From positions 3,968,001-4,032,000 of the forward strand of contig OZ244207.1 of NCBI GenBank assembly GCA_965216875.1: a stretch of DNA of 64,000 nucleotides, written 5' to 3'. The position numbers and the translations under genes are program-made. Origin of the DNA: Rubripirellula sp. GTDB lineage: Bacteria > Planctomycetota > Planctomycetia > Pirellulales > Pirellulaceae. Under the pieces are notes generated by a model. The model was not told the origin of the DNA. It worked only from the letters and a program-made list of their open reading frames with translations, and made no database searches. Numbering within the stretch: the stretch's first letter is position 1; the number at the start of each line of letters is the position of its first letter. Of the stretch, positions 43,103 through 53,262 are shown in pieces.

Positions 43103-44782
43103 ATGAAAAAGCTATTCGTTTCCTTGCTCGTTTTCGGCCTGATCTTTCCGGGATGTGCCCGACAGTCGGAACCGCAGACGGCCGCTTCTGTGGATGAACG
43201 GGCGATGCCCAAAGCCACGGCCGATTACGCGATGGCTGCCGATTACGAAGCAGCTGAATTCGCAGCGCCAGCGGCCGGCGCGATCGGCGGCCTCGCCGAA
43301 GACCTACCGCTGCTGGCCGACCCAGACCAGGGACGCGGTGCTGGAGACGCCGGCGAACAGTACGACCACATCGTTGACAATCCCTTTGTCCGGGTCGGCG
43401 ACAATCCGCTGAGCACTTTTTCGATCGATGTCGATACTGCCTCCTACAGCAAGGTTCGTCAGTACCTCGTCGAATACAACCAGATGCCTCGGCCCGATGC
43501 CGTTCGAATCGAAGAGTTGCTCAACTACTTCCAGTATGACTACGCACCGCCAGCGGCCAGTCAATCGGAGCCGTTCGCAACGCACGTTGCCGTTGCCTCT
43601 TGTCCGTGGAACGACAACCATCGACTCGCGCGTGTCGCGTTGAAAGGGCGGGTGATCGAGAACGCCGAGCGTCCAAACAGCAACCTCGTTTTGCTGCTCG
43701 ACACCTCGGGATCGATGAAGCGTCCCAACAAGTTGCCACTGCTCAAACGCGGCATGCAGCTCCTCCTCAAACAGCTCGGCGAGAATGATCGGATTGCGAT
43801 CGTCGCCTACGCAGGTTCGGCAGGCATCGTGCTCGACAGCACGCCTGCGTCCGACACGAAAGCAATCATGACCGCCCTGACTCAGCTCTCCGCGGGCGGT
43901 GGCACGAACGGCGCGGGCGGATTGCAATTGGCCTACGATCTCGCTCGCAGCAACTTCATTGAAAATGGAACCAACCGCATCCTGCTTTGCACCGATGGAG
44001 ACTTCAACCTTGGTCAAACCAGCACCGACGAACTCGTGCGCATGGTCGAGGATCAGTCCAAGGCAGGTATCGAGTTGACCGTGCTCGGTTTTGGGATGGG
44101 CAACCTGAACGACTCGATGCTCGAACAGATTTCAGGAAAAGGCAATGGCAACTACGCGTTCATTGATACTTACAACGAAGCCAAGAAGGTGCTCGTTCAA
44201 CAACTTGCCGGGACGCTGGTCACGATTGCCAAAGACGTCAAGATTCAAATCGAATTCAATCCGTCCATCGTGGCCGGCTATCGTTTGATCGGATACGAAA
44301 ACCGCATGTTGGCAGATCAAGACTTTAACGACGACAAGAAAGATGCTGGCGAAATCGGCGCCGGACATACGGTCACAGCGTTGTACGAGATCGTGCCTAC
44401 AGGGGCTGACGAAGCCGTCCTGCCAACCACCGACCCGCTCAAGTATCAAGAAAAGGCCGAACCTTCGATCGCCGCCGAATCGGGCGAGATGCTGACGCTG
44501 AAGCTACGCTACAAACTGCCGGGTGAAGACACCAGCCAATTGATGGAGCACCCTGTGATCGACAGCGGGCTTGCTTTTGACCAAACCGATCAAGAGTTTC
44601 AGTTTGCTGCTGCCGTCGCTGGCTTTGGCATGCTGCTTCGCAACAGCGAACACGGTGGCGATTGGAGTTTCGACACGGTCAGCGAAGTTGCACAGGCGAG
44701 TATGGGCGTCGATCCTCACGGTCTACGAGAAGAGTTCGTCGACCTCGTCGCGACCGCCCAGTTGCTCGCCCAAGAGAATTAG
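43103..44782 (+). CDS. YfbK-like vWA lipoprotein (vWF_A + vWA + DUF3520-like)
   Basis: Lipobox FPGC, PLSTFSIDVDTASY, VRIEELLNYF, DTSGSM, TDGDFN, DAGEIGAGHTVTALYE. Confidence 0.93.
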   Translation: MKKLFVSLLVFGLIFPGCARQSEPQTAASVDERAMPKATADYAMAADYEAAEFAAPAAGAIGGLAEDLPLLADPDQGRGAGDAGEQYDHIVDNPFVRVGDNPLSTFSIDVDTASYSKVRQYLVEYNQMPRPDAVRIEELLNYFQYDYAPPAASQSEPFATHVAVASCPWNDNHRLARVALKGRVIENAERPNSNLVLLLDTSGSMKRPNKLPLLKRGMQLLLKQLGENDRIAIVAYAGSAGIVLDSTPASDTKAIMTALTQLSAGGGTNGAGGLQLAYDLARSNFIENGTNRILLCTDGDFNLGQTSTDELVRMVEDQSKAGIELTVLGFGMGNLNDSMLEQISGKGNGNYAFIDTYNEAKKVLVQQLAGTLVTIAKDVKIQIEFNPSIVAGYRLIGYENRMLADQDFNDDKKDAGEIGAGHTVTALYEIVPTGADEAVLPTTDPLKYQEKAEPSIAAESGEMLTLKLRYKLPGEDTSQLMEHPVIDSGLAFDQTDQEFQFAAAVAGFGMLLRNSEHGGDWSFDTVSEVAQASMGVDPHGLREEFVDLVATAQLLAQEN

Positions 44783-44786
44783 CCAA

Positions 44787-44840
44787 GTAGGTCATGCTCC
44801 GCATGACGATGCGACTCGTGTCATGCACAGCATGACCTAC
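44787..44840. repeat. REP-like inverted doublet, family B
   Basis: gtaggtcatgctccgcatgac...gtcatgcacagcatgacctac between convergent genes. Confidence 0.85.
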
Positions 44841-47800
44841 GCGAAGCTTGAGTCCAATTCGACGCGATCGTCTTCCGAATCGCTTGAAGCGGACTCGGCT
44901 TGCACTGGATCCGCACTCGACGGCGCCGACACTTCGATTGCCCAGATCAACTTGGCGACATCAGGTTGCACCTCAATCGTACTTGGCACCTCCGGCCACT
45001 CGGCCCGGCGGCGTGCGATAACGCGATCCACATCTTCTGACAACCATTGAGGTGTTTCGACCCATTCACCTTCAACCGAGGCGGTGTCGATTCGCGCCAA
45101 CTCGTTGATCACGCGCAATGCATCAAGCGCCGTTGCCGAACCATCACCATTTTGATCGAAATAGAATCCGGGCCACGTTCCGACTTGATCAGGTCGAAAC
45201 AGTTTGGCACTCTCTGGATCTGAAAAGATTCTTCGGCCAAGTTCATTGATGATCCGCAAGGCATCGTTTGCAGTCACGTTGCCGTCGTTCCCAACGTCAC
45301 CTGGACGAACGAGGTTTTGCCAGGGGCTTGCAAAGTCGACTTGGACAAAGGTCCCGCGTGTGACAACGTTGCTAAATGCGAAACCAGCGACGCTGACCGG
45401 CTCAGCCATCGACCACGCATCGCGGTCACTCAATTGAATCGTGTCTTCGGTGCCCCCGGTCACGATGATTCCGCCGCCACCCGGATCCATTTGACGAGCA
45501 ACCACCGACTCCAACACCAGTGTGGTTGCGGCCGACGAAGACAGGTCGACCACATCGATGTTGTGCAAGCCAACGCCGGCAACGCCAGTCGCCTCAAAGC
45601 GGCTACGTGGTCCAACAATTCGCAATGTGTTCACGCCCGAACCCGCGTCATAGCGGAATCCTTGCTCGGGGATCGGATCACCACCTGAATCATCAACAAC
45701 CAAGATGTCACTGAATTGTGTACCAACAAGGTCGTAGCGCCCGACCGAGACGCGGGGTGCTTGAAAGAGCGTATTCGAACCTTGGAACACGAAGAACTCG
45801 CCGAGTTCAAAGGCCAGTCGAGTCGTGCCGCGTCCCGGAGCAACGGTCACGGTTGGCTGTTGTCGCCCATCGAGAATCTCTACCTCATGGTCTTCGACTT
45901 CTCCGTCGATTGCCGTCCCCGTTGGTAGCAGGCCACCGGTGCTGCTGATTCGGAACCGCGCGAAGGTGTTGCCGGGAACAGTGCCCGCCGGCAACGAAAT
46001 CTCAACCAGATTTTCGCCCTCGTCGAGTTCGAGACTCGTGCCAGCACCAATGTGTTCGGTCGGATGGTCAAACACGCCGTTGCCATCAAAATCGATCCAC
46101 GCATCGAGAAGCCCCGATTCCGATGCCGTGACCATCACCGTTGCAGTCGTGCCGGATGTCTCATCAGCAACCAGGCTTGTGATCCAGCGAATTCCATCAT
46201 CGTCCGTCCCATCACCCGAGGCTCGCACGCCAGGAGCGCCGTCCACTTCATCGTCGACCGATGCGCCAAGGTGCAACGCACTTTGGCCATGCCGAGGCCC
46301 ATCGCTGGCCAGTCGGGTCGCATAGGAATCGGGAGCGTCACCAAAATCGAGTGCGTCGACCACATCAATCGACGCCGAAGCCGAAGTCGCCGAAAAATAC
46401 TCTGGTAGATCGGGCTGAAATTGAACGGTCAACGTTTGCCCAAGCCCAGACGCCAACAAGGCTCCTGGTGCAGGATCGTAGACGAACGTACCAGCTGCCG
46501 TTGTCCTGGCATTCAGCTGTTGGCTCCCTAGCGGCGTCCCCGTTGCAATGGGCGCGGGGTCGTCCCAGTGCAACACCGGCTCCCTGGGCGGCTGCGTTTC
46601 GAAGGCTCCCATATCGAAGGCGGAACCAAACAAACGTGTGAACGGAGCACCGCGTTGATCAAACAGGATGCCGACCGCGACGGAGCTTCCCGCATCGATC
46701 GCAGGACTCGTGGGCAGCAACGGGTGCACCAAGGTGCCTGCGATTTCCGTGAGTGGATCAAGTCCCGCATCGATCAATCCACCGCCATCTGGCGTGGGCC
46801 GTCCCACGAGGTTGCCGTTGGCATCGGGCGTTTGCGACTCCGCAACCCCCGTCCCGGTATTGTCATCGATCAAACTGTTTTCGATCGTTAACTCAAAGGG
46901 ATTACGCAGCGGACGGAAGTTCGGGATCCCAAGGCTGTCCGTATTCCCCGCGAAAAGCGCATCACGAATCGTCAAGCTCGCATCAAGTGCCAACAGCATG
47001 CCGCCGCCGCCCGATGCCTGATTGTTCGCAACGGTGCTTGATTGGATTTCAAACCGTGTTGGGTTTCGGCTCCCTCCGGAAAAGAGGCCACCGCCCCGAA
47101 TTGCCTCGTTGCCCGAGAGCGTGCTGTTGGTGAGGGTGACAACGAAGTTGGATCCCGGCTGCTGCTCGCGCAAGTAGAGACCACCGCCGTCGGTGCCGGC
47201 TCGATTGAGCGATACGCTACTCGAAAGAACGGTTGCCACATCGGCATCGACACCGCCGCCATGCGTGCCAGCGACGTTACCCGTAACAACACTTGAACGA
47301 AGCTCGACCGAACCCGCGGCAATCCCGCCACCACTTTGATCCGCACGGTTCCCGGTGACGATGGAATCAAAGATCCGCACCGTTCCGCCATCGACACCAC
47401 CGCCAACACCCGAAGTTCCCGTAGCGATGTTGTTGGAAACGGTCGAATCGACGACCGACACGCTCGCAGCCGAAAGCCCGCCGCCGACATTCGCTTGGTT
47501 ATTGGTCACCACCGAATCAGTCATCACCAACTGGGTCGCACGCACGCCGCCAGCAACTTGGCTGGCAACGTTGGAATCGATCAAGACGTCATCAAGGACC
47601 ACGACTCCTTCCGCAAAGACACCGCCACCGTCGGACGCCGAAACATTGTCTCGAACAATCACGCTTGATAGCGACAGCGTTCCGCCGGGAGACACAAATT
47701 GAATTCCACCGCCAGATCGCTCTAACTCGCTTGCCCCGGCATCCAAGACGCTGCCACCCGAGATCGTTAACCCAGATAGGTTGAGCGATTGACCATTGCC

Positions 47801-50800
47801 TTGGAATCGAATTACGCGTGAGCGACCACCAGCATCGAGCGTCAACAATCCTGAGCCGGGTCCAACGATCGTCAAGTCGTTGGTGACAACAAGCTCGCCC
47901 AATTCCAGATCGATGGATTGAGTCGAACCGAACACTGATGTGTCAAACGAAACGACGTCGTGCCCATCGCTTCCATTGGCCGCCGCGATCGCTTCGCGCA
48001 AACTGACAACAGCGTCCGAGTAGTCCACTTCGTCGGCGGCAGTCGTCACCACAAACCGACTCAATGGCAATCGCTGTCGTTCCAGTGCCCCGGCATCCGG
48101 TCGTCCCGATGCCGAACGCGAGAAAGGCTCGCCGCGAGCGTCGTTAGTGAGCGTGGACACCAGCGTGTCGCTTCCCAAATTGACCGCTGGCGAATCGACG
48201 GCGAGTCCGTGCGTGCGAACGTTCCCACCGTTTCGCGTCAACGGTTCGACACCGGGATCAATCACGATCGTGGTTGGCCCGTCGCCGCCGATCAGATTGC
48301 CGTTGGCGTCAATCACCAGTGAAGCCGTCAATCCACTTCCTTCGGCATCGCCGATCAAACTATGGTTGACCGACAAATCAGCAAGAGCCGAAGTGAAATG
48401 CACATCGGTGCCCGCGCCGCCAGCCGAGTTTGCAGCAACGATAGAATTGGCCAAATCAAGCTGCGCGGCTGAGACACCTTCAATCGCAATCCCGCCGCCA
48501 CTGGCCGAAGAAACATTATGTACAACAGTGCTGCTTAGCACCGACGCGTCGCGGGAATAGAACCCACCTCCATCGCTCGACGCTCCGCGCGTCTGATTCC
48601 CCGACACCGTGGTATTGGTCATCGACACTTGGGTTGCGAAAACACCCCCGCCACGAGACGAGTCTCCGTCTGTTTCATTCTCGGCAATCGTGCTACTGAA
48701 AAGATTCACAGCCTGCCCGTAGACCGCCCCTCCACCCGACAACAACCCGCTCGTCCGGTTACCAGAGATCTCACTCTGCATAACTTCCAAGTTGGTTCCA
48801 GCTCCAGCGAAAACCGCTCCACCGGGCGAGCGATCACCAGAAGTAAAGTTCTCAAGCAACTCGCTGGAGGTAATCGTCACGTTGCCGGCGACCGAATAGA
48901 GTGCGCCCCCTGCGGCAGCGCTTCGCAGCGTTCGATTATTGGCAAGCAGGCTGTTATCGACCGATACGTTGCCGGCAATCGATGCGATCGCGCCACCTGC
49001 CGAATCAACACCGCCAGTCAAGTTACCGGTCAATCGGCTGTCGACTATCGTGACATCTCCGATGGCCGCAAAGAGCCCGCCGCCGGGTGCAAAGAAGCCG
49101 CGTGTTTGATTGTCGCTGACTTCGGATCGAATCAAGTCAACCGCGCCAACCGCAGAGTAGATCCCGCCACCGAACGCGCCGTCACCAAAGGTCGCATTGC
49201 CGCTTACTTTGGAATCGACAATCGCAAGCGTGCCGTCCGACTGTGACAGAATCCCGCCACCCTGTGAACTCGTTTGCGCGATCGGAACATTGGTGCGTGA
49301 CGTGACTCCTCCCGTGAGCGTCAATCCAGACAAGGTCACATCGCCAGCATCGTTGCCCACGCGCATCACGCGTGATTGCTGCATCGCATCGACAACCAAC
49401 TGTTCCGAACCCGGTCCGATGATCTGCAACGCGCTGTCAACCACCAATTCACCAAGCGACAATTCAATCGTCCCTGGTATTGCCGTTACGGTTTCATCAA
49501 ACGTGATCGTGTTCGCCCCTGGAAGACCGCCTGCAACATGAATCGCTTCGCGTAGCGACACGTCGTTGTTTGCAAAATTCAATTCGTCGGCGAGAGTGTT
49601 CACGACCAATCGATCTGGATTGACGAACTGAAATTCAAACGCCCCCATGTCGACCGTTCCAGCCGAAACTCGCAAGAAGGGTTCGCTCCGTCCGTCAAAC
49701 GATGTGGTCACAAAAGCGCCATTGCCGGCGCCGATCGCAGGGCTGTTTTCAAGCAAAGGGCGAACATGGGTCACACCACTAAAAAACAAAGGCCCGATCA
49801 ACGGGTCGATCACTCCCAGTCCACCCGCGTCGCCAACAAGGTTGCCGTCAGCATCCGCAGTCTGCGACTCGTCGAGACCTGAACCGGCTCGGTCACCCAC
49901 GAGTGTTGCCAGCACGGTCAACGAACCGGGCACTTCGCCTTGGCGGATATCGGGCGCGGCGCCGGAGTCTTGGTTCAAGGCAACGATCGAGTTCGAAATT
50001 ACGAACGTCTTCTCTGCATTGTCCGACAGAAAGATGCCACCACCTTCATTCAGCGCAACATTCTCGACAACCGTTGAACCAACAAGATCGACATCACCCA
50101 ACAGTGCGAGCAGTCCGCCGCCAATTCCTCCCGTTCCGTTTGCCGCGTTGGAAGAAAGCGTTGAATCAACCAGAGCGACCGTTGCGCGCACGGCGACTAT
50201 CCCACCGCCGCCCGAGGTTGAACCGAGCGTTTGGTTGGAAGTCACACTGCTTGTCGTCAGCGTCAAACTTCCGGAAGTCGCGGAGATCCCACCGCCGGCC
50301 GCATAGCGACCGTGCGTTTGATTTTGATGCACCGCCGTTTGCGTCAACGTCAAATCGCCACGGGACGAAATGCCTCCACCATCAGCATCTTCACCAAACG
50401 TCTGATTGCCTGAAACGCGACTTGCAACAATGGTCATCCCGCCACGAGCGAAGAGCCCACCGCCATTGCCATCTTCGGCGCCGGTTTGGTTGTCGATGAT
50501 CAAACTCTGGCTGATCGTCGCGTCGCCCGCGTAGGCATAGGCACCACCGCCGCGCGCATTGAGACCGAGCGTTCGATTGGATGAAATCTCCGTTTGCTCG
50601 ATCGTCAATGACGAACCGCGTGTGTAAAGACCGCCGCCATGCGAATTGCCACCTTCGGTCCGATTGCCCGAGACCAACGAATCGACGATCGTCGTCGCCC
50701 CGCGCGAAAAGAGTGCTCCGCCCGGTGAATCATTGCCTTGTGTCGCGTTGTCAAAGAGGGTCACGCGATGCAGCGAAAGCTGCCCGGCCGAATCGAATTG

Positions 50801-51226
50801 CAGTGCGCCGCCAGATTCAGCCTGCCCGGTCGTTCGACCACCTTGCAGTGTCAAATCACGAATCACGAGGTCGGCAACATTTTGGTTCGCCGAAAGGATG
50901 CGAGAGTCTTGTCCCGCCATCAAAGTCAAATTCGCCGCCGGACCGTTGATCGTCAGCGCGTCGGAAACCTCAAGCTGCCCGAGCGATAGATTGATTTGAC
51001 TCGGTGCCGCAAAAACAGCCGGCTCGAACTCGATGGTGTCATGCCCGGCAGTGTCGTTGGCCAGCGCAATCGCCTCGCGCAAACTTGTCGCCAAGTCACT
51101 TTCGGAGACAACGTCAACGGCTGTGTTGACAATAAAGGTCGCCAGGACCTGGCGGCGTTCGAGCGATTCGATCGACAATCGCCTCGGCCGCCTCTTTGCC
51201 GATTGCCTGGGTGATGGACGTGACAT
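44837..51226 (-). CDS. 2,129-aa surface protein: LEPR-XLL, three CSLREA-like/beta-helix/choice-of-anchor-Q modules, GEVED, dockerin
   Basis: ESLERRQVLA, three SLREAI motifs, many GG(G/A)(I/L/V) repeats, SPAI(D/G)AG..D.RG..D(M/A)GA.E, GEVEDH, DVGNDGNVTANDALRIINEL / DQNGDGSATALDALRVINEL. Confidence 0.92.
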   Translation of the reverse strand: MSRPSPRQSAKRRPRRLSIESLERRQVLATFIVNTAVDVVSESDLATSLREAIALANDTAGHDTIEFEPAVFAAPSQINLSLGQLEVSDALTINGPAANLTLMAGQDSRILSANQNVADLVIRDLTLQGGRTTGQAESGGALQFDSAGQLSLHRVTLFDNATQGNDSPGGALFSRGATTIVDSLVSGNRTEGGNSHGGGLYTRGSSLTIEQTEISSNRTLGLNARGGGAYAYAGDATISQSLIIDNQTGAEDGNGGGLFARGGMTIVASRVSGNQTFGEDADGGGISSRGDLTLTQTAVHQNQTHGRYAAGGGISATSGSLTLTTSSVTSNQTLGSTSGGGGIVAVRATVALVDSTLSSNAANGTGGIGGGLLALLGDVDLVGSTVVENVALNEGGGIFLSDNAEKTFVISNSIVALNQDSGAAPDIRQGEVPGSLTVLATLVGDRAGSGLDESQTADADGNLVGDAGGLGVIDPLIGPLFFSGVTHVRPLLENSPAIGAGNGAFVTTSFDGRSEPFLRVSAGTVDMGAFEFQFVNPDRLVVNTLADELNFANNDVSLREAIHVAGGLPGANTITFDETVTAIPGTIELSLGELVVDSALQIIGPGSEQLVVDAMQQSRVMRVGNDAGDVTLSGLTLTGGVTSRTNVPIAQTSSQGGGILSQSDGTLAIVDSKVSGNATFGDGAFGGGIYSAVGAVDLIRSEVSDNQTRGFFAPGGGLFAAIGDVTIVDSRLTGNLTGGVDSAGGAIASIAGNVSVDNSLLANNRTLRSAAAGGALYSVAGNVTITSSELLENFTSGDRSPGGAVFAGAGTNLEVMQSEISGNRTSGLLSGGGAVYGQAVNLFSSTIAENETDGDSSRGGGVFATQVSMTNTTVSGNQTRGASSDGGGFYSRDASVLSSTVVHNVSSASGGGIAIEGVSAAQLDLANSIVAANSAGGAGTDVHFTSALADLSVNHSLIGDAEGSGLTASLVIDANGNLIGGDGPTTIVIDPGVEPLTRNGGNVRTHGLAVDSPAVNLGSDTLVSTLTNDARGEPFSRSASGRPDAGALERQRLPLSRFVVTTAADEVDYSDAVVSLREAIAAANGSDGHDVVSFDTSVFGSTQSIDLELGELVVTNDLTIVGPGSGLLTLDAGGRSRVIRFQGNGQSLNLSGLTISGGSVLDAGASELERSGGGIQFVSPGGTLSLSSVIVRDNVSASDGGGVFAEGVVVLDDVLIDSNVASQVAGGVRATQLVMTDSVVTNNQANVGGGLSAASVSVVDSTVSNNIATGTSGVGGGVDGGTVRIFDSIVTGNRADQSGGGIAAGSVELRSSVVTGNVAGTHGGGVDADVATVLSSSVSLNRAGTDGGGLYLREQQPGSNFVVTLTNSTLSGNEAIRGGGLFSGGSRNPTRFEIQSSTVANNQASGGGGMLLALDASLTIRDALFAGNTDSLGIPNFRPLRNPFELTIENSLIDDNTGTGVAESQTPDANGNLVGRPTPDGGGLIDAGLDPLTEIAGTLVHPLLPTSPAIDAGSSVAVGILFDQRGAPFTRLFGSAFDMGAFETQPPREPVLHWDDPAPIATGTPLGSQQLNARTTAAGTFVYDPAPGALLASGLGQTLTVQFQPDLPEYFSATSASASIDVVDALDFGDAPDSYATRLASDGPRHGQSALHLGASVDDEVDGAPGVRASGDGTDDDGIRWITSLVADETSGTTATVMVTASESGLLDAWIDFDGNGVFDHPTEHIGAGTSLELDEGENLVEISLPAGTVPGNTFARFRISSTGGLLPTGTAIDGEVEDHEVEILDGRQQPTVTVAPGRGTTRLAFELGEFFVFQGSNTLFQAPRVSVGRYDLVGTQFSDILVVDDSGGDPIPEQGFRYDAGSGVNTLRIVGPRSRFEATGVAGVGLHNIDVVDLSSSAATTLVLESVVARQMDPGGGGIIVTGGTEDTIQLSDRDAWSMAEPVSVAGFAFSNVVTRGTFVQVDFASPWQNLVRPGDVGNDGNVTANDALRIINELGRRIFSDPESAKLFRPDQVGTWPGFYFDQNGDGSATALDALRVINELARIDTASVEGEWVETPQWLSEDVDRVIARRRAEWPEVPSTIEVQPDVAKLIWAIEVSAPSSADPVQAESASSDSEDDRVELDSSFA

Positions 51227-51336
51227 CTATCGAATCATATCGGGGAACGAGCATTCTCGCCCCCGATTATGATTCAATCGTCCCAGCAAGCCAATTGGCT
51301 AAAACCGGCAATTTGGGCAATCGTGCACTCGCCAAT

Positions 51337-51475
51337 AAGGCCCGACGCGAGCGCGGCAGATTGCATTTGCGCGTAGGCCGGATCAAGGAGCGACAGCGAC
51401 GCAGATCCGGCACAATCCCAAACCATGCGAGTCCGACTAGCCAACAATCCACCGACGCCAGCGTGTTCGGCTCAC
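51337..51475. repeat. REP-like cluster (family D fragments flanking family A at 51373-51412)
   Basis: aaggcccgacgcgagcgcg; gtaggccggatcaaggagcgacagcgacgcagatccggca; ccgacgccagcgtgttcggctcac. Confidence 0.78.
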
Positions 51476-51499
51476 AGGGCCTCGTTCCACGAACGTGCC

Positions 51500-52603
51500 C
51501 TAAGGCAGATCGATTGCTTCCAGCGACACTTTGCCGTCCGCTTCGATCACAACCAATGCGTGTACGTCACTTAACGCAGCCAGCTGGGTGACACCTTTCA
51601 AATCGGAAATCGTCTCGTAGGTTTGGCCGGCTGTTTTTCCGCCTCGAACCGGTTCGGTCAACCCTTTGTTCTTGGCCAAGTTATCGGTACTGACCTTCAT
51701 CACGCCGCGTCGCGAATTGGCAATCAGAATAAAGTCCTTGCCCCCCTTCTTGTACGCGACCATGTCGTAAGGCTTATTGCGGTTGCCAAGTTCCGCGACC
51801 GTTGTTCCGGTGACTTTGCTTTTGCTGTTGAGGCTCTTCAGCGGGATCTTCACCAGGGGTGTGCAAACATAGCCAGCAAGAATCGTTGCCTCGCCACCAA
51901 CCGTGAATGGAATGAAGGTTTGAATGGCGCCAGAGTCTTCGGTTGCACCATGCGCGGCATGATAGATTTCGACTTGCATCCCTCGCGAATGCTCTCGGAA
52001 CGGAAAATCAAACTCGCGAACGGAGCTTGGGGCATCGTCGGCTGACAACCCCGAAACCAACACGCGTCCTTCCGAGAAAACCAGATCGGTAATGGACTCG
52101 CCGCGTTTGTTTCGCATACCGCGTCGGGTACGCTCCGCTTTGTCGGCTGGTGGATTGGGAAGTGAAACGAATCCGTGACCGATCTTATCGAGGTCCACTT
52201 TGCGAACCGTCGATCCCGTCACGCGAGCGATCCCAGGTTTGCCGTCGACAGTGACTGACAAGAAGGGCGTTCCTGTTTCAGGATTCACCGCCAAGTCAAC
52301 GATCGTTGCTTTCCCACCGCCAAAGGCCTTGGAAACGTGTCCGGCAAGATCACGAACGCCGACTTTTTGGTCCGTCACACCTTTCTTGTCTTCGGTGTTG
52401 ATCGCATAGATCTTGGCGGCCATGGGGTCACCAACGAAAAGCACACCGGAAGGGCCGAACGAAAGGGGGCCGGCCGACTTGAGCTCTACCGGACCGGGTG
52501 TCAAACCAAACAACTCGGCTGCAGAAGCCTGGCGGCTTGTAACGGCAATCGCCGAAACCATTAACAAAGCTACCGACAAGCGGTGAAGCAACGAGAGACG
52601 CAT
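51500..52603 (-). CDS. Hypothetical secreted protein (beta-rich, possibly propeller)
   Basis: Signal peptide ending ASA; LSFGPSGVLFVGD, EIYHAAHG, AGYVCTPLV, ELGNRNKPYDM. Confidence 0.82.
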   Translation of the reverse strand: MRLSLLHRLSVALLMVSAIAVTSRQASAAELFGLTPGPVELKSAGPLSFGPSGVLFVGDPMAAKIYAINTEDKKGVTDQKVGVRDLAGHVSKAFGGGKATIVDLAVNPETGTPFLSVTVDGKPGIARVTGSTVRKVDLDKIGHGFVSLPNPPADKAERTRRGMRNKRGESITDLVFSEGRVLVSGLSADDAPSSVREFDFPFREHSRGMQVEIYHAAHGATEDSGAIQTFIPFTVGGEATILAGYVCTPLVKIPLKSLNSKSKVTGTTVAELGNRNKPYDMVAYKKGGKDFILIANSRRGVMKVSTDNLAKNKGLTEPVRGGKTAGQTYETISDLKGVTQLAALSDVHALVVIEADGKVSLEAIDLP

Positions 52604-52767
52604 TGAATCTTTCCTCGAAAACACGAGATGAATCGAAACACCGGCGCTCATGACCGCCACCGTTGGCGACCCCAGTGGGGTCAGTGTACGCCTTGGCGAG
52701 TGGGCCGTGCCGGGCGCGGCGCGTTTTCTTCGAGAAAAAGTGTTGGTCGCAAATCCAGTGTCGCAAT

Positions 52768-53082
52768 CTACGAGCCGATCGAAACCTCGATCTTCCCCTC
52801 CCGCTCGCGGACTTCAAAAGTCTCCTGAAGGGGTTGGCGGTTGATCGTTTGGATCCCCGTCGCCAACTCATATTGCCAACCATGCCAGGGACAGGTGACA
52901 CATCCGTTTTCAACACAACCCTGGGCAATTGGGCCGCCCTGGTGGGCACACATGCCGTCGAGTGCGAAGAGCTGGCCACCATTGCGAAAGACCGCCAGGA
53001 TCTGTCCTTCAACGACGACCTCGATAGCCGAATCGTTCGCCAAATCATCGGCAGCCGCGACTTCGACCCAACGTTGTGACAT
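52768..53082 (-). CDS. Rieske [2Fe-2S] ferredoxin
   Basis: CAHQGGP and CPWHGWQY ligand motifs, 104 aa. Confidence 0.92.
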   Translation of the reverse strand: MSQRWVEVAAADDLANDSAIEVVVEGQILAVFRNGGQLFALDGMCAHQGGPIAQGCVENGCVTCPWHGWQYELATGIQTINRQPLQETFEVREREGKIEVSIGS

Positions 53083-53262
53083 CTCTTTTGTTCCCTGTTA
53101 TCGGTGGTTGCCAATCACGTTACAATCGCAAACCTTCCTACAATTGGAAAGGCCCGGGACGGAACACCGCAAAGCTCCCCCAGCACTTGGCCCACAACTT
53201 ATGGGTCAAATCACACGGGCCACACAATATTCATCGGCACCACGCGACAACTGCACAGGAGT

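Noticed and set aside
52655..52725. GC-rich hairpins (gacccc-agt-ggggtc) upstream of the 52603 gene as a riboswitch or ncRNA
   Set aside because: No recognisable riboswitch consensus; short stems are expected at this GC content.
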